A stretch of DNA of 64,000 bases from an uncultured Ignavibacteria bacterium (GCA_964627935.1 CAZVLB010000001.1:198933-262932), one strand, 5' to 3'; shown: positions 44,440 to 53,266, numbered from the stretch's first letter. Numbers and translations: made by a program. The notes: generated by a model from the letters alone, not told the origin.

Positions 44440-46821
44440 ATGAAAACAGGTAAAAAACAGGCTGCAAAGCAGAAAAAAATAAACCCGGATGATCCCCTGG
44501 CGATGCTGGAGGTTTTCGACACCCTGGAAGTCGGCCTGCTCAGGCTCGAGAAGAGAAAGCTGAGCGCGCCGTATCGACTGAAATGGCCGGGCGGAAGCGA
44601 TATAATCGACCTGGTCTATAGTTATGAAGAGGATGTCTTCGATCCCGATGATCCCTCTCATCAAAATCTGGCCAACATGATTGCCGCACAGGTGGCGTTG
44701 AACTATGGGCTGTTTTGCAAAAAGCTGATATTTAATGGCAATTTCGACAGTGTCGATCAGCGCTTTTTACGCGATATAGCCGACAATACCGCGCGGGAAA
44801 TTTATGTTAAAAAGTTTCTTGAGGAAAATCCATTTCTAATCGGCCCGGCTTCCGAGATGCCCATAGTCAAGCAAAAATCATATTTACGATCAACGCTTGA
44901 ATTTCCATCAGCCGGCAAAGCCGGCAAACCGAAATGGAAAATGTGGACCTCTGATAAAGATAAACATTGCATTCTCTCGAGCGGCGGCAAGGACAGCCTG
45001 CTGAGCTATGGTCTGCTAAATGAAGCCGGCAAGGAGACTCATCCGATTTTCGTCAATGAATCCGGCCGTCACTGGTTCACCGCCCTGAATGCCTATCGAT
45101 ATTTCAAAGATAATATTCCCAATACGGGCCGTGTATGGGTAAATTCTGACCGTGTCTTCGCCTGGATGATTCGTCATATGCCATTTATTCGCGAGGATTT
45201 CGGCAAAGTTCGTTCTGATGAATATCCGATACGGCTGTGGACTGTGGCGGTATTTTTATTCGGGGCATTGCCGCTTATGCGTAAACGCGGAGTGGGCCGT
45301 TTGATAATCGGCGATGAATATGATACCACCAATAAGACAAGCCATAGGGGCATAACACATTATGACGGGCTCTATGATCAGAGCCGTTATTTCGATGATG
45401 CCCTCTCGCGCTATTATATGCAGAAGGGCTGGTCGATAAGCCAGTTCTCACTACTGCGCCAGATGTCTGAGATGCTGATCGAAACCGTGCTTGTAAAACA
45501 ATATCCCGATCTGCAGAAACATCAGGTGTCCTGCCATGCCGCGCATAAAGAGGGGGAACGCGTATATCCCTGCGGCAAGTGTGAAAAATGCCGGCGAATT
45601 GTGGGTATGCTGACGGCCATTGATGCCGATCCATCAGCCTGCGGCTATTCTGCCGATCAGATAAAAAAATGCCTGCAGGACCTGGCACAAAAACCGGTTC
45701 ATCAGGAAGCGCCCGGCAGGGAGCATATGAATTTCATGCTCCAGCAAAGAGGTATTGTTCAGTTTGCAGGTGAGATGCAGAAAGCGGTTCGCGAACATCC
45801 GGTTATCATGATGCTGCGATTTGCGCCGGAGAGATCACCTATGACAGGAATGCCGGTAGACCTGAGACGGCCGGTTTATGAGATCGTCATGCAATATGCG
45901 GATGGCGCGGTGCGTCGGGCAGGCAAAAAATGGGAGGATTTCGATCCACTGGCCGATTCATCCATAGAGCAGCCCTACGCCTTTGAAATCCTTTCCAATA
46001 AAAAGGGCAAATCCGGGACCGACTCAAAACGAACTAACCGTAATAAATATCTATGGTCCGAATTGACCTGGCCCGAGGCGGAACAGCGCCTGAAAGAGGT
46101 TGATGTAGCCATTCTGCCTGTAGGCGCGATCGAACAGCATGGGCCGCATCTGCCACTGGATGTCGATGCATTTGATGCCGATTACCTGGCGCGTCGCATT
46201 GCCGAAGCGTGCAGTGATCCGAAACCACTAATACTGCCATTGATAGCCTATGGCGTGTCATATCATCATGATGATTTCCCCGGCACACTCAGCATCAACA
46301 ATGACACGCTTTCCAGGCTGATCTATGAGATTGGTATCTGTGTGGCCAAAAACGGTATCAAAAAGCTGGTCATATTAAATGGTCACGGAGGCAACAGCCC
46401 GTCATTAAACTACGCCGCCCAGATGATCAACCGTGATGCGCGCATTTTTGCCTGTGTCGATACGGGTGAAACAAGCGATGTGGATATATATGAAATCGTA
46501 GAAACCCACAATGATGTTCATGCCGGCGAATTTGAGACCAGCACCAGCCTGGCAACAAGACCTCATCTGGTAAAAATGAATGAAGCTCATCGAAGTGTGC
46601 CCAGGTTTTCCAGCCGCTATCTCGATTTTACATCAAAAAGAGGCGTCCTATGGTATGCCTACACCGACAAGATTTCCGAAAGCGGTGTAATGGGTGATCC
46701 CACTCTTGCCAGCGCCGAGAAAGGCAAGAAGATGTGGGAGATTATGATCGCTCACCTGGTGGCATTCGTGGAGGATCTGAAAAGCATGACACTGGAAGAG
46801 ATTTATCAGAAAAGATATTAG
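44440..46821 (+). CDS. fusion protein: unknown N-domain + PP-loop ATP pyrophosphatase (QueC-like Cys cluster) + creatininase-family amidohydrolase
   Basis: PP-loop ILSSGGKDS (about 44974-45000) and the Cys cluster YPCGKCEKCRR. The creatininase motifs start at about 46070: AILPVGAIEQHGPHLPLDVD, VILNGHGGN and VHAGEFETS. Confidence 0.7.
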   Translation: MKTGKKQAAKQKKINPDDPLAMLEVFDTLEVGLLRLEKRKLSAPYRLKWPGGSDIIDLVYSYEEDVFDPDDPSHQNLANMIAAQVALNYGLFCKKLIFNGNFDSVDQRFLRDIADNTAREIYVKKFLEENPFLIGPASEMPIVKQKSYLRSTLEFPSAGKAGKPKWKMWTSDKDKHCILSSGGKDSLLSYGLLNEAGKETHPIFVNESGRHWFTALNAYRYFKDNIPNTGRVWVNSDRVFAWMIRHMPFIREDFGKVRSDEYPIRLWTVAVFLFGALPLMRKRGVGRLIIGDEYDTTNKTSHRGITHYDGLYDQSRYFDDALSRYYMQKGWSISQFSLLRQMSEMLIETVLVKQYPDLQKHQVSCHAAHKEGERVYPCGKCEKCRRIVGMLTAIDADPSACGYSADQIKKCLQDLAQKPVHQEAPGREHMNFMLQQRGIVQFAGEMQKAVREHPVIMMLRFAPERSPMTGMPVDLRRPVYEIVMQYADGAVRRAGKKWEDFDPLADSSIEQPYAFEILSNKKGKSGTDSKRTNRNKYLWSELTWPEAEQRLKEVDVAILPVGAIEQHGPHLPLDVDAFDADYLARRIAEACSDPKPLILPLIAYGVSYHHDDFPGTLSINNDTLSRLIYEIGICVAKNGIKKLVILNGHGGNSPSLNYAAQMINRDARIFACVDTGETSDVDIYEIVETHNDVHAGEFETSTSLATRPHLVKMNEAHRSVPRFSSRYLDFTSKRGVLWYAYTDKISESGVMGDPTLASAEKGKKMWEIMIAHLVAFVEDLKSMTLEEIYQKRY

Positions 46822-46827
46822 ACTTAT

Positions 46828-47895
46828 ATGAAAATACGCTCACTGGATTTTCGGATCCACGAATTCAAACTCAGCGAACCCTACACGATCGCATATGAGA
46901 CTATCGATACCGCGCCCAACGTATTCCTGCGTATTGAAACGACCGGCGGACTGATTGGCTATGGATGTGCCGCGCCGGATTTTGAGGTCACAGGCGAAAC
47001 TGCCGAGAGTGTGACCGGGGCCATAGCCGGCATTATAGAACCTGCTGTAATCGGTAAAAATCCATTGCGAATTGCCGCAATAATCGAATCCATAAGAGAA
47101 CCGATGAAAAGCCATCCCTCGGCCCTGGCTATGCTGGATATGGCGCTTTACGATATTATCGGAAAGTCCGCCGGCATGCCTCTTTATATTTTTCTGGGTG
47201 GTTACCGCGAGCGTATCAAGACCAGCATTACAATAGGAATTTTGAATGTTGACGAAACTGTGCGACGAGCAGAGGATCTGGTTTCACGCGGTTTTAAGGT
47301 GCTGAAAATAAAGGGCGGAAAAAATGTCGATGATGATATCGAGCGCATCATGAGGGTGCGTGAAAATGTCGGCAAATCGATTGAATTGCGCTTTGATGCC
47401 AACCAGGGCTATAATCTGGAACAGGCCATGAAATTCGTAAAGGAAACCCGCCGCGCCAAGGTCGAGCTCCTGGAGCAGCCGACTCCAAAAGGCGAACCCG
47501 ATCTTCTGGGACGGGTTGCCAGCGAAGTTGCGATTCCTGTTATGGCCGATGAAGGCCTGATGACATTACGTGATGCATTCCGTCTGGCACGACGTGATCT
47601 GGCGGATATGATCAATATCAAATTGATGAAAGTCGGGGGGATATTTAATGCCATACAGATTAATTCCGTTGCCCGTGCGGCTCGTCTTGAAAGCATGGTC
47701 GGATGTATGGATGAGGCCGGACTGGCGATATCAGCCGGGCTTCATTTCGCGCTGGCCCGTCCCAATGTGCTCTATGCCGATCTGGATGGCCATTTCGATC
47801 TGATCGATGATCCCACGGCAGAAGCGGTTATTCTAAAAAACGGTGTCCTTTATCCAACCGGCCAACCCGGCCTGGGCTTCAATCCCCCATTTTAA
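46828..47895 (+). CDS. enolase-superfamily enzyme, MLE subgroup (dipeptide / N-acyl-amino-acid epimerase-like)
   Basis: [22 protein letters not shown], the KxK motif [10 protein letters not shown], and MVGCMDE. Confidence 0.8.
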   Translation: MKIRSLDFRIHEFKLSEPYTIAYETIDTAPNVFLRIETTGGLIGYGCAAPDFEVTGETAESVTGAIAGIIEPAVIGKNPLRIAAIIESIREPMKSHPSALAMLDMALYDIIGKSAGMPLYIFLGGYRERIKTSITIGILNVDETVRRAEDLVSRGFKVLKIKGGKNVDDDIERIMRVRENVGKSIELRFDANQGYNLEQAMKFVKETRRAKVELLEQPTPKGEPDLLGRVASEVAIPVMADEGLMTLRDAFRLARRDLADMINIKLMKVGGIFNAIQINSVARAARLESMVGCMDEAGLAISAGLHFALARPNVLYADLDGHFDLIDDPTAEAVILKNGVLYPTGQPGLGFNPPF

Positions 47896-49819
47896 CATCA
47901 TGTTTTGCTGCAAAATCCATGAATTCTATGAGTGCCGGTTGTAAAGAGCTATGGCAGCTGGAACAATGGCTGAGGTTTTTCTTTGCCGCTCGATGCTCCT
48001 CTTGCTCGTGACACTCAATACAATTCTTGTGCATTGCGTTCCTGTATGAGTCGGCATGCGCCAGTTTTAAGCCTCCCAGATCCTGCTCTTTGATCTTCAT
48101 ATCCTGCTGATGGCATTCAACGCAGGCTTTGGCGTTATCCGCCGTATTCGGCCGTGAGGCATCATGACAGAACCGGCAGGAATGATTGGCCGGCTGCATG
48201 GCATTAATTTCTTCCTTTTCAGCAACAAAATTCATATGACTGTAGTGGTCAAAAATATATGTTTCGTCCAGCATATTGGAATGACAGCGATAACAGGGCG
48301 TGGCATTGTCATGAGGCATGGCAATATGATGGCATTTCTGACAGGACTGCTCCTTGCCGAGACGATCCTGATGATCCTTATGAGGGAATTCTGTTTTGAC
48401 ATCGTCCCGGTTACCGTCAATCAGCAGGGTCTCCCTTAGCTGGTCAACTCCAATCGCCGGCTTTATGTTCGGGTTGGGGCTGCTGGCATTTGAGTATGGC
48501 GGATAAAATACAACCCATGTCAGCGGGATAGTTATCATGATTATTAATGACACCCGCTGAAGCCCGCTCATCAGGACATTGTTCCAGACATGTGAAAAGC
48601 GGTCGAAGGCATAAGTGAAAACATCGGATTTCTCCATACGCCTTTTCCAGCTTTCATCGAAAATCGGGAATTTTTCGGAAATGAACAGAAACGCCAATGC
48701 CGCCGCAGCTACTATTCCAAGGCTCAATCCCCATTCCGCAAGTGACGGAAAGTAGGGCACCTGGGCATCGTGAAAATAGGCGAATATACCTACATCCAGA
48801 CGGTTCAGTACAAGTCCGAATGATGCCATGAAAGCGGCCGTGCTCAATCCGGATGGCGACCTGCGAATTCCGGGGACAGCTATTAAGGCTATCGGTACGA
48901 TTACGGCGATTAGCATTTCAAAAATAAAAAGCAGGCTCTCCCATGATCCATTGTAAAGCAGTACAAATTCCCCGGCTCTTCCCAGATCTATTAGCTTCAG
49001 AATAAGATATATGCTCAGTATCGAGGATGCAATAATCGCCAGGTTCGATAGCGGCTTCATCTGGGGTCCGGCAAAAACCTCGGAGCCATTGGGCTTGATC
49101 CCCGAATTCATTCCGAGCCCGTAAATCGGATCCGGATCATACAGGCGGGCATACATGATGCGCACAAATATGATGAACATCATTCCGCCGGCCATGGCTG
49201 AGATGATAAAGAACAAGGGTAGCCAGGCTGAATACCAGAGCGCATGCAGACGCAGGGGGGATACAAGAAACAGCGATCCCAGGGATGAATGGTGCAGGCT
49301 GGATAATGTGATACCCAGTATTACCACGCCGAATGCTATTTTGTGAAGTATGTGAGATATCTTTTCTGCCCCGAGTCTTTTCAGTATGGTCGGACTCAAT
49401 TCGATTGAGGTCACTGTGAAATATAATATCACGCACCAGAAGACCTCGAACAGGAATGAATGCTCGTTCCACATTACAAAGGGATGCCAGAATCTTTGTG
49501 GCAGGCCGATATCGAAAAGCAGGGCCAGGCACGATGAACCGTAACCCAGAAAAGCAATCAGGATAGCAGGCTTGACCAGTGGCCTGAATTTCTCCAGCTT
49601 GAGCACATAAACCAGAAAGCCGACCGTAAATCCGCTGGTTGCAAGCGCTACCCCGGCCACCATGTTCATAATTTTCCACAGTCCCCAGGGCATCTGATCA
49701 GTAAGGTTGGTGGTTGCTCCCAGCCCGTACCAGAGTCGAAAAACCCCCACAACCAGGGCTATGATTGCCAGAAACCAAAGGACATCCTTTATAACTCTTA
49801 ACTTGCTACTCATTTTCAT
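47879..49819 (-). CDS. NrfD/PsrC-family (DsrP/HmcC-like) integral membrane subunit fused to a C-terminal hexaheme cytochrome c domain
   Basis: The N-terminal ~440 aa are polytopic (NrfD-like). The C-terminal ~190 aa carry six CxxCH motifs (CQKCH, CYRCH, CRFCH, CVECH, CIECH, CSSCH). The start is ambiguous (49849, 49819 or 49813). I chose ATG 49819, which overlaps the upstream stop. Confidence 0.75.
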   Translation of the reverse strand: MKMSSKLRVIKDVLWFLAIIALVVGVFRLWYGLGATTNLTDQMPWGLWKIMNMVAGVALATSGFTVGFLVYVLKLEKFRPLVKPAILIAFLGYGSSCLALLFDIGLPQRFWHPFVMWNEHSFLFEVFWCVILYFTVTSIELSPTILKRLGAEKISHILHKIAFGVVILGITLSSLHHSSLGSLFLVSPLRLHALWYSAWLPLFFIISAMAGGMMFIIFVRIMYARLYDPDPIYGLGMNSGIKPNGSEVFAGPQMKPLSNLAIIASSILSIYLILKLIDLGRAGEFVLLYNGSWESLLFIFEMLIAVIVPIALIAVPGIRRSPSGLSTAAFMASFGLVLNRLDVGIFAYFHDAQVPYFPSLAEWGLSLGIVAAAALAFLFISEKFPIFDESWKRRMEKSDVFTYAFDRFSHVWNNVLMSGLQRVSLIIMITIPLTWVVFYPPYSNASSPNPNIKPAIGVDQLRETLLIDGNRDDVKTEFPHKDHQDRLGKEQSCQKCHHIAMPHDNATPCYRCHSNMLDETYIFDHYSHMNFVAEKEEINAMQPANHSCRFCHDASRPNTADNAKACVECHQQDMKIKEQDLGGLKLAHADSYRNAMHKNCIECHEQEEHRAAKKNLSHCSSCHSSLQPALIEFMDFAAKHDVKMGD

Positions 49820-50603
49820 GACCCTTTTCAATTTTGGAATCGGATTCACTGTTTTCTTCTTCTATTTCCCTGGCTCTTTTCATTCTTCTACCGATAACCC
49901 AGTTCAGGCTGAGAACACCTGCCATAACTCCCAGCCCGATAAACGGTGTTTTGGAAATGAGCGGTTCGGTCAATTCGGGAATCGACATTTCCGCGGTTCG
50001 GGGCCAGTTCAGTTTCTGCAGGTCCACATCGGAGATATAAATAACCGATGTTCCCCCGAACTCATGCTCGCCCCAGATATGATTTTTATATCTTGCCGGA
50101 TTCTGCTTGATCAGCTTTTGGGCCTCGCTGATAAGTTCCTCGCGTTCTCCGAATTTGAGAGCCTGATTGGGGCAGGCCTCGACACAGGCGGGCAATTTAT
50201 TATCTTTTATTCGTTCGAAACACATGGCGCATTTCATCATGTATGGATGAGGGCTGTCCCATTCATAGCGCGGTATGTGAAATGGACAGGCCAGCATGCA
50301 GTAACGGCAGCCGATACATTTCTCCGCATCGTAAACAACCGGCCCATCCGGAGACTTGGTAATTCCGCCCACAAGGCAGGCGGAGACACAACTGGGTTCT
50401 ACGCAGTGCATGCAGCTTTTGCGCGCAAAATGCCCATCTCCCAATTTTACGATAGTGGACAATCGATCCGCTGAAAGGCCGTCTCTGGATTTCACCGCGT
50501 CAACCTGCGCCTTTTCATAATCCAGATTATTCGCCTCGATGCAGGCATCGATACATTTCTCGCACCCACTGCATCTGGTGACATCAACTAATATTGCATA
50601 CAT
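49806..50603 (-). CDS. NrfC/DsrO/HmcB-like 4x[4Fe-4S] ferredoxin subunit with a C-terminal TM anchor and no N-terminal Tat signal
   Basis: Cluster motifs CSGCEKCIDAC, CMHCVEPSCVSAC, CIGCRYCMLACP and CAMC...CVEACP. The protein begins directly MYAILVDVTRCSGC. The C-terminal TM segment is FIGLGVMAGVLSLNWVIG. Confidence 0.8.
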   Translation of the reverse strand: MYAILVDVTRCSGCEKCIDACIEANNLDYEKAQVDAVKSRDGLSADRLSTIVKLGDGHFARKSCMHCVEPSCVSACLVGGITKSPDGPVVYDAEKCIGCRYCMLACPFHIPRYEWDSPHPYMMKCAMCFERIKDNKLPACVEACPNQALKFGEREELISEAQKLIKQNPARYKNHIWGEHEFGGTSVIYISDVDLQKLNWPRTAEMSIPELTEPLISKTPFIGLGVMAGVLSLNWVIGRRMKRAREIEEENSESDSKIEKGHENE

Positions 50604-51301
50604 CAGACTCTGGCCTCCTCATCGAATAATGCCCTGGCCACCTTATCTCCGGCTCCCGGCCTGAGTTGCCAGTGCAGGCCGGAAATCCTGTCGAAGAAGT
50701 ACAGCACTATATGGGCAAGTTTCGTAAACGGGATTATCAGGAACAGAAGCTCCGCGCTCAACAGATGTGTCAGCATCATGACCTGCCAGCTGAATGGATT
50801 GCTGGATGGATGAGACGCAAGGTAGCCTGTGGCAAATGGTATCAGGATCAGGATCAGCAGGAGGTAGTCAATCGGCTGGCTCATGGCTCTCTGGCGCCTG
50901 ATAAACGTGCGCATTGAAATCAGAACAAGTATACAAACTATCGTGAACAGGGTCAGGAAATCGGCGAGGCCCTGTCCGATTGCCGGCAGATCAATGCCCA
51001 GGTAGTTCTCCCACAGGGCAATATGATCGGCCAGGAATATCGGTACGATTATGATCCCGATGTGAAACATGAATGAAAATGCTGAAAATACAATCGTTCC
51101 CTTGATCATGTGGCGAATTGGCAGAAACCATGTCACCGCATCGGAGAGAATCGATTTCCAGGGAACGTTTTTGAGCCTGCGCCCCTTGCTGCTGATCAGG
51201 TTATAGACCTGGATCACGAACAGCCTCAATAGCCCCAGAATCATAATCAGAAATGTAAATGCGAAAAGCGGCCCTCTGGCAAAATCTATCCAAGCTTCCA
51301 T
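50603..51301 (-). CDS. NarI-family (DsrM/HmcE/TmcC-like) dihaem cytochrome b membrane subunit
   Basis: Five TM segments with conserved His in helices (FMFHIGIII, ADHIALW, LTHLLSAE, KLAHIVLY). The stop/start shares one nucleotide with the next gene (50603). Confidence 0.7.
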   Translation of the reverse strand: MEAWIDFARGPLFAFTFLIMILGLLRLFVIQVYNLISSKGRRLKNVPWKSILSDAVTWFLPIRHMIKGTIVFSAFSFMFHIGIIIVPIFLADHIALWENYLGIDLPAIGQGLADFLTLFTIVCILVLISMRTFIRRQRAMSQPIDYLLLILILIPFATGYLASHPSSNPFSWQVMMLTHLLSAELLFLIIPFTKLAHIVLYFFDRISGLHWQLRPGAGDKVARALFDEEARV

Positions 51302-51346
51302 TTCAAGTGCTCTGCTCCTGTCTTATATTTTCCAAAATTAAATTGC

Positions 51347-52780
51347 TTATATTTCGAACATGGCAGCTTCTTCCTTTCGTTCGGCTGCGCTTTTTGCCCC
51401 GGGAATTTCAATCGCCTTCAGAATCAGGTCATGCAGGCCCATGACCTTGCAGGGCAGATTAAAATGCTCGACCAGTTCCTTGAGCTGTTTTTTGCAATTG
51501 GCGCAGGGTGAGATCAATATCTCGGCCCCTGTCCTGGCAATCTGATCCGCTTTCACCTTGCCCGCTATATTCATGCGGTAATCATGAATCTCGTCTACCG
51601 AAACCAGGCCGCCACCCCCTCCACAGCAATAATTATCCTTGCCATTGGGTGTCATCTCGATGAAATTCGGCACAAATGATCTGAGTATCTCCCGTGGCTG
51701 GTCGACTATCCATCCTGAACGAGCGATATTGCAGGGATCATGATAGCTGACCTTTTCGGTGATAATATCTTTGTTCAAGGTAATCCGGTTTTCACGGATG
51801 CATTGAAGCGTGTATTCCATGAAGTTGAAAACCGGGTAGGGCTTGCCATTGCTGAACACAGGTACGAAATCATGCGCCGAACGGGATGCATGTCCGCATT
51901 CGCCGATCAGGATATTCTTACCCTTAAGGCGGTCCACTTCCCTGATTAACTGTTTGATTATGTTTTCCAGATGCCAGTCGCTGTAAAATAACCCGTAGTT
52001 GATTCCATCATAATTGCATGTACCGATGGTCCAGTTGTCCCAGTCACCCGAGGCATACAAAACGGCGGCGTTGCCCATCAGTGTATCCGGTTCCAGCAGA
52101 TAGTCGCTTACCGCGCAGAAGAAAACATATTTACGTTCGGATTTGTCAACCGGGAATTTGAGTTCCAGGCCGAGTATGTCCTGCATTTCGGATGACAGGA
52201 ATTCCAAAGTGTCCAGCAGGGCCTCTTTGGGAATCTGTGATGTGTTATGTGTCTCACCCTCAAGCTGTTCACGGGTGCTGACCTGTAATGCCTTGGGCAC
52301 TATACCGATCAGGCTCAAAATGTAACGGCCCAATCTGGTAATCATGCCATGGTCAACGCCCATGGGACATTCACGGGTGCATCTGCGGCAGGCGGTACAG
52401 CGGTAGAAGACCTCCGACATCTCGTCGATCACTTTATCGGTCAATTCAAAGCCGGTCGAAACCCGCGATTTAAACCATCCGCCAATAGTGAAGTATCGCT
52501 TATATGTATCCAGAAGCAGGTTCGTCCGGTAACAGGGAATATCCCGCGGATCACGGGTCACCTGGAATATCGGACAGGTGACGGCGCAACGATTACATTT
52601 TGCCGATGAACTGCAATATGAATCGAGCAATGGCTTGTAATCGGTAAATCTAAGAATTGCCGCAAACGCTTCCAGAAACCTTTCAACCCGATTTTCCCTG
52701 AGAGGATTCTCGACATAAAAGGGATATTTTCTTTGCTCTGTCGGTTGTTTGACTTTTGACTCTTCAGGAACTACGCTCAT
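51347..52780 (-). CDS. HdrD/DsrK/HmcF/TmcB-like CCG-domain iron-sulfur protein
   Basis: The track starts at TTG 52795. I prefer ATG 52780 (GGAGAA 7 nt upstream). Ferredoxin motifs are CNRCAVTCP and CTACRRCTRECP. The CCG-domain motifs are YHDPCN, NYCCGGGGG and SPCANCKKQ. Confidence 0.8.
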   Translation of the reverse strand: MSVVPEESKVKQPTEQRKYPFYVENPLRENRVERFLEAFAAILRFTDYKPLLDSYCSSSAKCNRCAVTCPIFQVTRDPRDIPCYRTNLLLDTYKRYFTIGGWFKSRVSTGFELTDKVIDEMSEVFYRCTACRRCTRECPMGVDHGMITRLGRYILSLIGIVPKALQVSTREQLEGETHNTSQIPKEALLDTLEFLSSEMQDILGLELKFPVDKSERKYVFFCAVSDYLLEPDTLMGNAAVLYASGDWDNWTIGTCNYDGINYGLFYSDWHLENIIKQLIREVDRLKGKNILIGECGHASRSAHDFVPVFSNGKPYPVFNFMEYTLQCIRENRITLNKDIITEKVSYHDPCNIARSGWIVDQPREILRSFVPNFIEMTPNGKDNYCCGGGGGLVSVDEIHDYRMNIAGKVKADQIARTGAEILISPCANCKKQLKELVEHFNLPCKVMGLHDLILKAIEIPGAKSAAERKEEAAMFEI

Positions 52781-52821
52781 AAATTTCTTCTCCAAAACAA
52801 ATTGTTTTCAGAAGCAAGGAA

Positions 52822-52837
52822 TGCAAAGAGTATGCCA
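52822..52837 (-). promoter_or_regulatory. sigma-54 (-24/-12) promoter for the redox-complex operon
   Basis: The minus strand reads TGGCATACTCTTTGCA, i.e. TGGCAT-N5-TTGCA, with exact GG-N10-GC spacing. The -12 GC is about 43 nt upstream of ATG 52780. Confidence 0.7.
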
Positions 52838-53010
52838 TTAAACTTTGCTGACCATTGCCTGCTCGAGATAAGAAGCGGTTTGGGGAGGATGTTTTTGGAG
52901 ATCGCCGAGTGCGATATCAGGATGAACGGGGGAAATGAATTTTACTAAACTGCCCAGCCTGATATTTTTTGATTTTGGTTTTTTATACGGTTTCATTGGT
53001 TTCAAAAACA

Positions 53011-53093
53011 GAGACAAAATGTCGCACGTGTTGCAACATAATGTTTCACTGCGACATGCCCTGCGACACAAAATGCAACCCTGATTTTGTCTC
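53011..53093. promoter_or_regulatory. candidate enhancer (UAS) region between the divergent sigma-54 promoters
   Basis: A perfect 10-bp inverted repeat GAGACAAAAT (53011-53020) / ATTTTGTCTC (53084-53093) brackets the heptamers TGTCGCA (53020-53026) and TGCGACA (53050-53056 and 53062-53068), plus the palindrome GTTGCAAC (53030-53037). Confidence 0.5.
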
Positions 53094-53227
53094 CTTTTAT
53101 CGCATTTTCGGGTTCTGTTATTCCAGTTCTGCAATCTGTTTATCCCTCAATAAGCAGGGCAGTTTCCTTCTGTCGGCAATGCTGTTTCATGCTCACATAA
53201 ACTTCCTAAGCTGTGGCGTGTAGCCAA

Positions 53228-53243
53228 TGGCATGCTAATTGCA
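53228..53243 (+). promoter_or_regulatory. sigma-54 (-24/-12) promoter for the NifX-like/DUF1847 operon
   Basis: TGGCATGCTAATTGCA, i.e. TGGCAT-N5-TTGCA with exact spacing. AGGAGA RBS at 53256-53261 and ATG at 53267. Confidence 0.7.
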
Positions 53244-53266
53244 AATATCATGGGCAGGAGAAAATT

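Noticed and set aside
42230-47895. RiPP/lasso-like interpretation of the PP-loop::creatininase fusion (a lactam-synthetase-like domain plus an MftE-like peptidase).
   Set aside because: No short precursor-peptide ORF with an RBS is visible in or next to the operon, because the gaps are only 2-18 nt. The PLP, DUF1611 and epimerase genes fit free amino-acid or dipeptide chemistry better. I keep it only as a remote alternative.
47879-52780. Calling the complex DsrMKJOP, with the implication of dissimilatory sulfite reduction.
   Set aside because: The gene order (K-M-O-P), a fused hexaheme in place of the triheme DsrJ, and the absence of dsrAB/dsrC in the window do not justify the Dsr name. Only the generic HdrD/NarI/NrfC/NrfD module can be supported.
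52838-53223. ORFs 52838..53134(-) and 52969..53223(+) in the gap between the divergent operons.
   Set aside because: They cover the sigma-54 promoters and repeat-rich enhancer region, have no RBS and no family motifs. The region is better explained as regulatory DNA.
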